A stretch of 39,416 bases of DNA, from NCBI GenBank assembly GCA_964621025.1, contig CAZUKQ010000005.1, positions 1 through 39,416 on the forward strand, in the 5' to 3' direction. This DNA comes from Candidatus Woesearchaeota archaeon. Its GTDB lineage: Archaea; Nanobdellota; Nanobdellia; Pacearchaeales; GW2011-AR1. A model generated the notes under the pieces. The model was not told where the DNA came from. It made no database searches and saw only the letters and a program-made list of their open reading frames with translations. The translations under genes were made by a program, and so were the position numbers. Shown here piece by piece: positions 10,125 through 18,875 of this stretch. The first letter of the stretch is position 1. Each line of letters opens with the position of its first letter.

Positions 10125-10894
10125 TTGCTGATACCGTATCCTGGAGGCCATGGAAGACTTCTGGATGCGAATTGATATTTAATTTTACTAGTTTTATCTT
10201 GAATAATATATATAGTGGTTTCATCTCCTTGTTTCAATTTGTCAATAAGGTATTCTGGGTAGAGCTGCATTATATAGGTTACGTCAGAGTCTCCGAATTG
10301 AACTTCCTGTTGTAAAATCGAAGTCGCAATCATGAGTGTATTGTAAATTGTCGAAGGTGTTTCAACTCTTAATTGTCCAATAGTTTGAGATGATTCTTTT
10401 GTAATAGTTATTCCACCCTCAAATGAAGTTACAATTTTTTCTGGTTGAAGCTCTACAGTAAATTCTGGAACTTTGTCTGAAACGTCGTAACCTTTTCTTC
10501 TCAAGTCATCTAGTGAATCTGAATAACAAGTTGCAATTTGGTCTTTAGTTATTTTTGCTAAATTTTCTTGGAATAATTTTTCTGGGAAAGGACTTTGAAC
10601 TGTGCAAGTTTGATAATAATCATTTGTATAACACAGATAGGAAATGTTTTCGTCTTGGTATTGGTAACTAAATCCTGGTTCGACAAAACCTGCATTCTTT
10701 GCTAGTTCTGGAATGGAATTTTTTATAACATCTGAAACACAAGATTCAATTTTTAAATTTGCGGAACTGTTTGAAAGATAAGTTGGCTGAACATAGAAAA
10801 GATAAACTAAAATTCCACCGACGATGAGAATAGCTAAGAAAATGAAAATTGTCACCTGTCCCTTTTTATTTTGTTGCATTGTTTTTTTAACCAT
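10121..10894 (-). CDS. Pilin-like protein with class III signal peptide; paralog of 14601..15368
   Basis: KKG|QVTIFIFLAILIVGG; YLCY..DYYQTC..P; LYPEY; YQFASRS. Confidence 0.8.
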   Translation of the reverse strand: MVKKTMQQNKKGQVTIFIFLAILIVGGILVYLFYVQPTYLSNSSANLKIESCVSDVIKNSIPELAKNAGFVEPGFSYQYQDENISYLCYTNDYYQTCTVQSPFPEKLFQENLAKITKDQIATCYSDSLDDLRRKGYDVSDKVPEFTVELQPEKIVTSFEGGITITKESSQTIGQLRVETPSTIYNTLMIATSILQQEVQFGDSDVTYIMQLYPEYLIDKLKQGDETTIYIIQDKTSKIKYQFASRSLPWPPGYGISK

Positions 10895-10913
10895 CGTTTA
10901 TTTATAAATTATT

Positions 10914-13900
10914 CTATAATCCTGCTATTGTTACTGAACATAATGACGGTGCGTTTCCCCATTCGTCTTTACATTTCACGTAATATACTTCTCCTCCTTT
11001 TGATGATATTGAATGTTCTAATCCTGAGCCGATAGTTGTTCCATTGCTGAAAAGGAAACCACACTTATCTGTAGCATATCTGCAATCTGCTTCTTCTGTT
11101 GTGATTATTTTAATAGATGAGCCCATTCTAAATATTCTTGCAATCTTTGGAGAAGATGTGTCTTGTATAACTCTGAAGTTTGTTTCTCCCCTTACGCTGT
11201 CTCCAGTTTCATCTTTACATTCTATAAATATCTGATGAGTTCCAATTGGAAGATTGAAAGATTGTTTGTGAACTCTTTCTCCTGTTGTGAAAAATGGAAT
11301 CATAGTGTTGTAGCCTGAAAAAGAATATGAACAAACATGCCACTTAGCACCCTCAGAAGTTTGAACTCCTAGTTCAATGGTTTTCATAGTTGTATCTGTT
11401 TCTAAATCTTCTTTAGGTGCGATGTTGTCTATCTTTATTGGACTCGCAACTTTGTCTAAAATAATTTTTACATTTCCAGACATTGTTGATTTTTCTGATG
11501 ATTCATTTAACCAGGGTTGGTCTTGACATGCTAAATAAATATTTGTCTGAGTTGAGTTTATTGGAATATCTGTTTTGCAAAGATAACCATACAGGCCCCT
11601 GTTCATTAAATTTTGTTCACAATTCATTGTTTTAGACATAGTTCCGAATTTCTCGTCTTTGTTTGACCATTTACAAGTTGCTGGTTCTGTTGTATAAGCT
11701 ATGAAATTTACCGAAGTTGTGTTGAATGACAAAAGAGAATTTGTTGCTGGTTCTGTTTTTGTAATTGTTGGAGGAGTTATATCTTTTCCTTGGTAAACAC
11801 AAGCTTCAATTTTGTAAGGTTCTCTGAATTGATTTCCATAAGCGTCTTGACATAGTACATACAAATCCAAATCTCCGGACCAGTTTATTCCTTGTGACAT
11901 ACCATGTGAAGGGTCTGGCAAATTGAAAGGTAGGACATGATTGTAAGTATAATATGCTGTTCCGAAACTTGCCGACATGTTACTAAACTCTGCAACTTGA
12001 TTTGTTCCGAATCTACATTGTGCTGGTTCGTTTGTTGAAAAGGAGAATAGCTGAACCTCATACGCACTCAAACAATCTCCATTTTCTTTTGTAACCTTAA
12101 ATCCGTTTTCAGTTTGTGTGAATATATTTCCATTTGAAGCATTACCCATTGTTATTACTGGTGGACGAGCATCATTTTTCATAGCGTCACACATTTCTGC
12201 TTCTGTTCCTTTATTTATCAGTTGACATGCTGCACCTAAAGATTGACATCTATATTCTGAGCAGGGTTTCAAAAGATCACCGTTACATTTATTACAATCA
12301 TCTCCTCCTGTCGGAGGTTGCCAAGGTTCACATGTAAATTTTATCTCTATAGGTTTACAATTTGAACCTAGAAAAGACATAATTACCATTAAAACTACTA
12401 AGATAACACCAATCCAAAAAAGAGCAAATACTGCTCCTGCTAAAGAACCTAATCCTGCTCCACCTGCACCAAAAACTGCAGAACCTGTTACTGCCCCCAT
12501 TGTAACAGAGGAGGAAGCTGCAACAGTTCCTAACGCTGCACCTATAGCTGCTCCTCCGACCATTCCCACCATTTGCCAACCTGGAGCAGCACCTAAAGCT
12601 TGACCCAAATATCCTGCAACCATCATACCTATAGCTGCACCCATCATGGCTCCACCAAAAGCACCCCAACCAGCTCCAAGAGCTGCGGGCGCTGGTGGGC
12701 CCATTGCCCCTGCAGCTAAAGCAGTAGGTGTTGAAAAATAAATTACGGCAGAACCTATTACTCCTGCACCCATACCTATCATATTTAATGAACTTGTAAT
12801 TGAAGCCATGCTATCTTCCGAAGTAGAAGCCGCCGTTGTTATTCCTGCTGCAGCTAAATATTCTGATAAATCTCCAGGTTCTGCATATTGGCCTTTTATT
12901 GGAATTGCTAACTCTGCAAGCTTTGCTTTGTATTCTTCTGAAAATTCTCCTTTGGATACCTTACATCCTTCTTGGACATTTCCAACTATATTTGCTTTCA
13001 AACCACAATCTCCTAAACTTCTACAGAAGTCATTCATTTCTTCTAATGTTTTGGGGGAATCACAGTTACAACCATCGGCACATTCGCAACCACCCCAGGT
13101 TTTTGCAACCATCATTTTTGTACAAGTTAAAGAAGCCATTGAACACATCTGTTCACCATTAGCAATATTTGATTTTCCAGATAAATCAAAACCGGGAGGA
13201 TATTTTGGTGCTACAAATTCTAAATCATAGCTTTTTCCACCATTAATCTGTTTTAATATACAATCTAAGGGTACTTCCTTTGACTCTCCTTTTTCTACTT
13301 CATTTGCCCCTAGACATTCTTTCCACATATTTGGTCTACAAAAAGCTTGACGGAAATCTACAGTTTCTCCAACAGCTTCTAAAGTATTTGATTGAACACA
13401 AATTTGATTTCGGTAATCTGCACAAGGTTCTGAAACAACTGTACCTAAACTACAAACATGTCTCCAGTGTCTTGAACCAACAACATCATCTCCGTTGCCA
13501 ATTGCACCATCGTAAACACACCAAGATTCACCATTTTTATATAAGACTCCATCTTCCAAACAGGAAGTTTGCTTACAATAATTATTTCCAATTGTAACCT
13601 CAAATTTGTCTTGAGTTGAGGAAGAACATTTTCCCCCCTGGAATCTATCACAATTTCCGCAATCTTGAGAGTTTGCATTTCCGTTTCCAGCATTACAGGA
13701 ATTTTCTGGTGCGACTACAGCATCCCAATAAGTTTGGTCGTCCACTCGGGAAGCATCATAAATATTCGCAGGATTTCCGCAAGAGTCTTTGAAGTAAACT
13801 CCATCTTTCCCTTCGATGCAAGTTGTCTCTTTTGTTTTTTCACAAATAGTATTCAATTCTGGAGAAGTACATAATTTTCCTTCAATAAAATTTTCTAATG

Positions 13901-14600
13901 TTCCCGTCAAGGATAAACATTCTTTGTTTGTTATCATCTTACAATTTTTTTTGTCTTCGGAAGTTGAAGTGATACATGCACCTTTTTTTTCAACTAGAGA
14001 ACTTAGAACACACTGCGCTTCAGAAATTGAAGAATCCCAGTCGGTTTGTTTGTTTTCACCAAGAACAAATTTTTCTGTGTAAATTTCACATTGTTTTTCT
14101 GTAGATAAAATTCCTGAGTTTCCTAGATCACAACATCCGAGTTGACATTGTGGAAGATTACAATTTTTATCTTCAGTCCAAACACCCTTACATGTGCTTT
14201 TGATTGTACTCTTATCACAGGTTCCAGAAGAATCATCTACACAACAACCAGTCTTACAAAAAGATGTTTGTTCACATTGTGTATTGGCTGCAAATAGTCT
14301 TCCGGGCGTACAAAGTTCTGGAATAGTTACTGCACAGGGTTCGTTATTGATTGTCTGAGCACAACAACCTAAACCAGTTCCTTCGGCAGAAACTATTGGA
14401 ATTAGGGGGGCTGTTAATTTAGTAAGGAATTTTTGTGTTAGGTCTGCTAAGATTTCTGCTCTTTTTTGTTGAAGTGAATTATACTCTACTTGTAATTCTT
14501 TAAAATTTCCATCGGACTGATGCATTATGTATGCAAACGCAAAGGTTGAAAGTATAACTAATATAAGTTGAATGTTTGCTTGTGCTTTTTTGTTTATCAT
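10914..14600 (-). CDS. Giant (1228 aa) Cys-rich exported protein with central glycine-zipper-like hydrophobic region and C-terminal Ig-like repeats
   Basis: KKA|QANIQLILVIL class III-like N-terminus; Cys-rich N half; ~140 aa Gly/Ala/Met hydrophobic stretch; PPVIT, TNEPAQC and CKD repeats. Confidence 0.88.
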   Translation of the reverse strand: MINKKAQANIQLILVILSTFAFAYIMHQSDGNFKELQVEYNSLQQKRAEILADLTQKFLTKLTAPLIPIVSAEGTGLGCCAQTINNEPCAVTIPELCTPGRLFAANTQCEQTSFCKTGCCVDDSSGTCDKSTIKSTCKGVWTEDKNCNLPQCQLGCCDLGNSGILSTEKQCEIYTEKFVLGENKQTDWDSSISEAQCVLSSLVEKKGACITSTSEDKKNCKMITNKECLSLTGTLENFIEGKLCTSPELNTICEKTKETTCIEGKDGVYFKDSCGNPANIYDASRVDDQTYWDAVVAPENSCNAGNGNANSQDCGNCDRFQGGKCSSSTQDKFEVTIGNNYCKQTSCLEDGVLYKNGESWCVYDGAIGNGDDVVGSRHWRHVCSLGTVVSEPCADYRNQICVQSNTLEAVGETVDFRQAFCRPNMWKECLGANEVEKGESKEVPLDCILKQINGGKSYDLEFVAPKYPPGFDLSGKSNIANGEQMCSMASLTCTKMMVAKTWGGCECADGCNCDSPKTLEEMNDFCRSLGDCGLKANIVGNVQEGCKVSKGEFSEEYKAKLAELAIPIKGQYAEPGDLSEYLAAAGITTAASTSEDSMASITSSLNMIGMGAGVIGSAVIYFSTPTALAAGAMGPPAPAALGAGWGAFGGAMMGAAIGMMVAGYLGQALGAAPGWQMVGMVGGAAIGAALGTVAASSSVTMGAVTGSAVFGAGGAGLGSLAGAVFALFWIGVILVVLMVIMSFLGSNCKPIEIKFTCEPWQPPTGGDDCNKCNGDLLKPCSEYRCQSLGAACQLINKGTEAEMCDAMKNDARPPVITMGNASNGNIFTQTENGFKVTKENGDCLSAYEVQLFSFSTNEPAQCRFGTNQVAEFSNMSASFGTAYYTYNHVLPFNLPDPSHGMSQGINWSGDLDLYVLCQDAYGNQFREPYKIEACVYQGKDITPPTITKTEPATNSLLSFNTTSVNFIAYTTEPATCKWSNKDEKFGTMSKTMNCEQNLMNRGLYGYLCKTDIPINSTQTNIYLACQDQPWLNESSEKSTMSGNVKIILDKVASPIKIDNIAPKEDLETDTTMKTIELGVQTSEGAKWHVCSYSFSGYNTMIPFFTTGERVHKQSFNLPIGTHQIFIECKDETGDSVRGETNFRVIQDTSSPKIARIFRMGSSIKIITTEEADCRYATDKCGFLFSNGTTIGSGLEHSISSKGGEVYYVKCKDEWGNAPSLCSVTIAGL

Positions 14601-15368
14601 TTACATTCCGGCAGGAAAAGTGCAACTCCTTATTGCAAATTTAATTTGTTCGTTAGTTTTTTCATTTAGAGCTATATAAATTAAAGAGGTATCATAATTA
14701 GTTCTAGTGATTCTATATTCTGGATAAAGCATCATAAATCCATTGTAATCGAAATAACAATATTGTGATTCCTGATTTACAACTTCTCTAGCTAGATTAA
14801 ACAAACCGTATGTCTGTGAAAGAACTTCGAAACTAAAATCTTCAAATGATTGAGAAGAACTTTCTTTTGAAACAACTAATTTTTTTTGAATATTTACAAG
14901 AATACTTCCAGGAACTAACTCAACAGAATAAATTAAATCTCCTTCTTTAACAGTATTTCCTCTTTTTTCTAATTCATCTTTCAAGTCAGTAAAACATTGC
15001 TCTACGTCTTCGTAAGTATCATCTATTAGAGAATCTTGTGCGATTGTTTTTATCATTGGATGAGTATTAATACAGGGCGTATAATCTCCTGATTGATAAC
15101 ATAGATAATTATATTTTTCTCCTTTGTACATTTTTGTCAAGGTAGGTTCTAAGTCTCCTGCATTCTCTAAAATTAATTTTTGTGAGGGTTCAAGTGCCAC
15201 TGTAACACAATCTTTTATGAATGTCTTTGGTTCGATATTTCCTCCAAAAAAATTTATCACATCTTGTCTAAGAAAAATTGCTGCGATGATTGCCCCAACA
15301 ATTAAAATTCCTAGAACAATAAATATTGTAACTTGTCCTCGTTTACTTGTCCTCATTTTGCCATCCAT
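14601..15368 (-). CDS. Pilin-like protein with class III signal peptide
   Basis: KRG|QVTIFIVLGILIVG; YLCY..DYTPC..P; LYPEY; IKFAIRS. Start may instead be 15356. Confidence 0.8.
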   Translation of the reverse strand: MDGKMRTSKRGQVTIFIVLGILIVGAIIAAIFLRQDVINFFGGNIEPKTFIKDCVTVALEPSQKLILENAGDLEPTLTKMYKGEKYNYLCYQSGDYTPCINTHPMIKTIAQDSLIDDTYEDVEQCFTDLKDELEKRGNTVKEGDLIYSVELVPGSILVNIQKKLVVSKESSSQSFEDFSFEVLSQTYGLFNLAREVVNQESQYCYFDYNGFMMLYPEYRITRTNYDTSLIYIALNEKTNEQIKFAIRSCTFPAGM

Positions 15369-15535
15369 AAATTCACTCCTGCTTTTTTTATTTTTTCTGC
15401 TTCTCCTTCAATCACCAATTCTAAAAGATGTTTTTCGGCAGTGTTCCAAGATACTTCTGCCTTCTTAGCAACTTCAGAACTAGTCACAACTTTCTCCTCG
15501 TGAACTATCTTACGTATCCTACTATGAATATCCAT
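15353..15535 (-). CDS. Winged-helix HTH transcriptional regulator (60 aa), first gene of the operon
   Basis: TSSEVAKKAEVSWNTAEKHLLELVIEG plus wing; TTTATATA ~24 nt upstream. Confidence 0.85.
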   Translation of the reverse strand: MDIHSRIRKIVHEEKVVTSSEVAKKAEVSWNTAEKHLLELVIEGEAEKIKKAGVNLWMAK

Positions 15536-15637
15536 TGGAAAGTAGGTAGGACTAATACTATATAAATGTTTCTTCTAGATTATTATCTCGCTGATTAGTT
15601 ATTTTTATGAATAAAAAATGATTAAAGAAAAGGAAAA

Positions 15638-15653
15638 CTATGAAGGTTCATAG
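15638..15653. promoter_or_regulatory. Perfect 7-2-7 palindrome (operator or pcn terminator hairpin)
   Basis: CTATGAA-GG-TTCATAG; followed on the minus strand by TTTTCCTTTTCTTT. Confidence 0.4.
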
Positions 15654-15706
15654 GAATAAGAATAGGAAATATGTTATTAATGATAGAAGGAATAATAAGA
15701 GAGATA

Positions 15707-16429
15707 TTAATTGTTCTCAACTCTTGGTGCTAAAACAAAAGCCATTCCCATTTTTTCGCCAGGGAAATCTAGTTTCAAAGGATAGTCATCTGAAAAGTTG
15801 ATAACCATTTTTTCTGAAATCTTTTTTGCTTTCATGAATTTTGAAATGTACTCTAGGGAATATTTGGACCTTGAGCTTCCACTAATTTTTGATTCATCTG
15901 AAGAGAATTCTGCTTTTGCAGAGTTTAAACTTCCTTTGCCTTCTACTATGAAAAATCCTTCGCCAGTAGATAAAGTACAAGAATCTGCTACAATTGCACA
16001 ATCTTCAACTGCCTGTGAAAAACTGTCTGCATCTATTTCAACTTTTGAATTAAAAGATAAAACTGGTTCTTCCTTTTCTTCGGAGTTTAATTCTATTAAA
16101 GACAAGACGAAATTTCTTTTTACTTTATCGAAGATTGAAATTTTCAACTGGTTTTCCTCTTGCTCTAGCAAAACTGAAGAAGAAGTTGATGCTCTTTTCA
16201 AAATTCTTTTCAAGTCTTCTAAATTTACACCCCAAACATCTCTGCCTGCTTCGTATTGTGAAAAGCTTTCCTTTGGAATTTTAAAAATTACCATTGCTAC
16301 ATTTGCCGGGTCGACTGCGATTATTGACATGCCATCCACTAAAAGTTTGATTCTTACCTCTGAAACAATCTCAGAAATGATGCTTATTGCATCTGCCAAC
16401 TCTTTTGGTTTGTCTATTTTAACTAGCAT
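15707..16429 (-). CDS. pcn: DNA polymerase sliding clamp PCNA
   Basis: AVDPANVAMV, SKYSLEYI, FSDDYPLKL, FVLAPRVE. Confidence 0.96.
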   Translation of the reverse strand: MLVKIDKPKELADAISIISEIVSEVRIKLLVDGMSIIAVDPANVAMVIFKIPKESFSQYEAGRDVWGVNLEDLKRILKRASTSSSVLLEQEENQLKISIFDKVKRNFVLSLIELNSEEKEEPVLSFNSKVEIDADSFSQAVEDCAIVADSCTLSTGEGFFIVEGKGSLNSAKAEFSSDESKISGSSRSKYSLEYISKFMKAKKISEKMVINFSDDYPLKLDFPGEKMGMAFVLAPRVENN

Positions 16430-16546
16430 AGAAGAAGATATCTTGGATTGTTTATAAGGTTTGTTGCTCTCGACTGGCTAGGTTTTGGGACTATTTACTA
16501 TTCCTCAGAGTATAACAATTATTATAAAAGAAATCTACTGATTCCT

Positions 16547-18049
16547 ATGATGGAAGAAGAACCCAAAAAAAAAGTACAGATTATTGCACCCTCTTACTAC
16601 TCTAGACTAGACGTTCAGAATGCAATTTATAATTTTTGCAAGAACAGAGAAACTGTTCCGCGATATTTGGAAGGATTCGGAAAAAGACCAGATGTTTTAG
16701 ACTATCCTAGTGATATTTTTGCTTTGGTGAAGAAAGGTGCAACGAGTTTTCATTGTTCTGAAGAAATTTGGAATAATCCTTTAGACATTAACACTGACAT
16801 GACTCCCGAACAGTACAACGAAATAAAAAAAGGTTGGGACTTCTTGATTGATATTGACTCTAAATATTTAGATTATTCTAAAATTGCTGCTGACTTGATT
16901 GTGAAAGCTCTTGAATTTAACGGCGTTGAAAACATCGGAATCAAATTTTCTGGTTCTAAAGGATTTCATTTGATTGTGCCTTGGGAAGCGTTTCCTGAAG
17001 AAATTAATGGAGAAAAGACTAAGGACAACTTTCCAGAATGGCCAAGATTAGTGGCAGGATATATAGACGAGATAATTCATGACAAACTTGTTCAAGAAAT
17101 TTTCAAAATGTCAAACAAAGATGATTTGAAAGGAAAAATGGTTTACGAGGTAATTTGTAGAACTACTGGTGAACTTGCGATTGAAAAGAAAATGTCAAAG
17201 TATATTTGTAGAAATTGTAGAGCCAACATGGATAGTACTACTAAATCTTCTAGAAAAGTTTTGAAATGCCCTTCCTGCGGTTATGACATGGATTTGATTT
17301 CTTCAGATAGTTTTTATGTTTGTCCTTCAACTAATGTAAGTTCGAAAATAAAACCTGAAGAATTTGAAAAGCGAGCGACAGCTAGGGATTTAATTGATTC
17401 GGTAGATATTGTTTTGGTTGCTTCAAGACATTTATTCAGAGCCCCCTATTCTTTACATGAGAAAACTGCTTTGGCTTCTGTTGTTGTTGATAAAAATGAT
17501 GTGAAAAATTTCCAACCAATTTACGCTGACCCTTTGAAAGTTCAGATAAAAGATTTTCATCCTAATCCTAGAAAAGATGAAGCGAAGGAATTACTTCTGC
17601 AGGCACTTGATTGGGCAAAGAGAAAAAATAAGATTGAGAAAAAGTTTGAAGGTAAGGCTTTGGATTTGAAAGGTCTAACAATTTCAGAGGATATGTTCCC
17701 TGAAGTGATCAAAAAAATAATGAATGGGATGAAAGGCGACGGAAGAAAGAGAGCTTTGTCTGTTTTGGTTTCTTTCTTGACTTCCTTGGATTTTCCACAA
17801 GAATACATCGAAGAAAAAATTGATGATTGGAACAAGAAAAACTACAAACCTTTGAAGGAAGGATATATTAGAAGTCAGATTGTTTGGGGAATGAAACATA
17901 AGAGACTTCCACCGAATTATGACAAACCGGTTTACAAAGAACTCGGAGTTTTATCTGAAACTTCTGGTGTCAAAAATCCAATTAATTTTACAATTAGGGA
18001 AGCGATGAGGGCGAAAGGAAGAAAGGAGCGAAAAGGTAATGCCAAATAA
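16547..18049 (+). CDS. priSL: Fused DNA primase (PriS catalytic domain with Zn-ribbon insert plus PriL-C-like domain)
   Basis: GWDFLIDID, KFSGSKGFH, RHLFRAPYSLHEKT AEP motifs; C-terminal DGRKRAL..LPPN..KNP. Start re-called to ATG 16547 (TTATAAAA upstream). Confidence 0.9.
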   Translation: MMEEEPKKKVQIIAPSYYSRLDVQNAIYNFCKNRETVPRYLEGFGKRPDVLDYPSDIFALVKKGATSFHCSEEIWNNPLDINTDMTPEQYNEIKKGWDFLIDIDSKYLDYSKIAADLIVKALEFNGVENIGIKFSGSKGFHLIVPWEAFPEEINGEKTKDNFPEWPRLVAGYIDEIIHDKLVQEIFKMSNKDDLKGKMVYEVICRTTGELAIEKKMSKYICRNCRANMDSTTKSSRKVLKCPSCGYDMDLISSDSFYVCPSTNVSSKIKPEEFEKRATARDLIDSVDIVLVASRHLFRAPYSLHEKTALASVVVDKNDVKNFQPIYADPLKVQIKDFHPNPRKDEAKELLLQALDWAKRKNKIEKKFEGKALDLKGLTISEDMFPEVIKKIMNGMKGDGRKRALSVLVSFLTSLDFPQEYIEEKIDDWNKKNYKPLKEGYIRSQIVWGMKHKRLPPNYDKPVYKELGVLSETSGVKNPINFTIREAMRAKGRKERKGNAK

Positions 18050-18839
18050 ACTTCTAAACGTCACAGATTTATCGGCGTACATTTTTTGTGCGAGAAAATT
18101 TTATCTTGAGAAAGTTAAAGGATTGAGACAACCATTAAACAAGGCAATGATTGAAGGTTCTATTCGACATAAAGTTTTGGAAGAATTTTCTGTTCAGGAA
18201 GAAAGATTGGTTGAAAGTTTTGGTAGTGTTTCAAAAAAAGAAATTGTTGAGAAGTTTCATAGTTTGCTTGATTTGATTATAAAAAAAGTTTTCTCGCAAA
18301 ACGCTGAGACAATTCAAAAATTTGGAATTGACGTGAAAGAACTTTATAAAAAAATATTTGAGGCAATGGAAAATGATATTCTTCTTAGGGCTGGCTCGAT
18401 TGATGATGCCATAAGAAAAGGTTTTACAGGAAAAGATTTGTGGGCAAACTTAGAACCTAAATATATTTCTGAGATGGAACTAATTTCCGAAGAGCTCGGA
18501 CTGAAAGGGAGAGCGGATAGAGTTATGATTTCCGAAGATTCAATTGTTCCTTTTGAATTGAAAACAAGAACCATTGACAAAGTTTGGCCTTCAGATGAAG
18601 TTCAATTAACATGTTACGGCATGATGCTTGAAGAAAAGTATGGTAAAAAAATTCCGTTAGGAATTCTGGAAGCGGGAAATAAGAAACATGAAATAGTAAT
18701 TGATGAAAAAAAGAAAAAGGAAGTTGTAAAATTAATTGGAGAGGTTAATGAGGTTCTTGAGGGTAGAAATTTGAGATTTCCTTCGAGTTTTGGCAAATGT
18801 CAGAGTTGTCCTTGGAAAAAGGAATGTGATGAATTATAG
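18039..18839 (+). CDS. cas4: Solo Cas4/RecB-like PD-(D/E)XK nuclease with Fe-S cysteines
   Basis: FCARKFY, GSIRH, LKGRADRV, FELKT, QLTCYG, KCQSCPWKKEC. No CRISPR array or other cas gene in the window. Confidence 0.85.
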   Translation: MPNKLLNVTDLSAYIFCARKFYLEKVKGLRQPLNKAMIEGSIRHKVLEEFSVQEERLVESFGSVSKKEIVEKFHSLLDLIIKKVFSQNAETIQKFGIDVKELYKKIFEAMENDILLRAGSIDDAIRKGFTGKDLWANLEPKYISEMELISEELGLKGRADRVMISEDSIVPFELKTRTIDKVWPSDEVQLTCYGMMLEEKYGKKIPLGILEAGNKKHEIVIDEKKKKEVVKLIGEVNEVLEGRNLRFPSSFGKCQSCPWKKECDEL

Positions 18840-18875
18840 AGAAAGATTAATAAATGGTTTAAACATAAAAATAGA

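Noticed and set aside
15536..15706. Replication origin beside pcn/primase
   Set aside because: No ORB/G-string repeats and no cdc6/orc1 gene.
15798..16457. 219-aa plus-strand ORF and similar antisense ORFs (e.g. 7833..8270, 12808..13230, 397..591)
   Set aside because: Antisense shadows of well-supported genes.
18039..18839. CRISPR-Cas locus
   Set aside because: No repeat-spacer array or other cas genes anywhere in the window.
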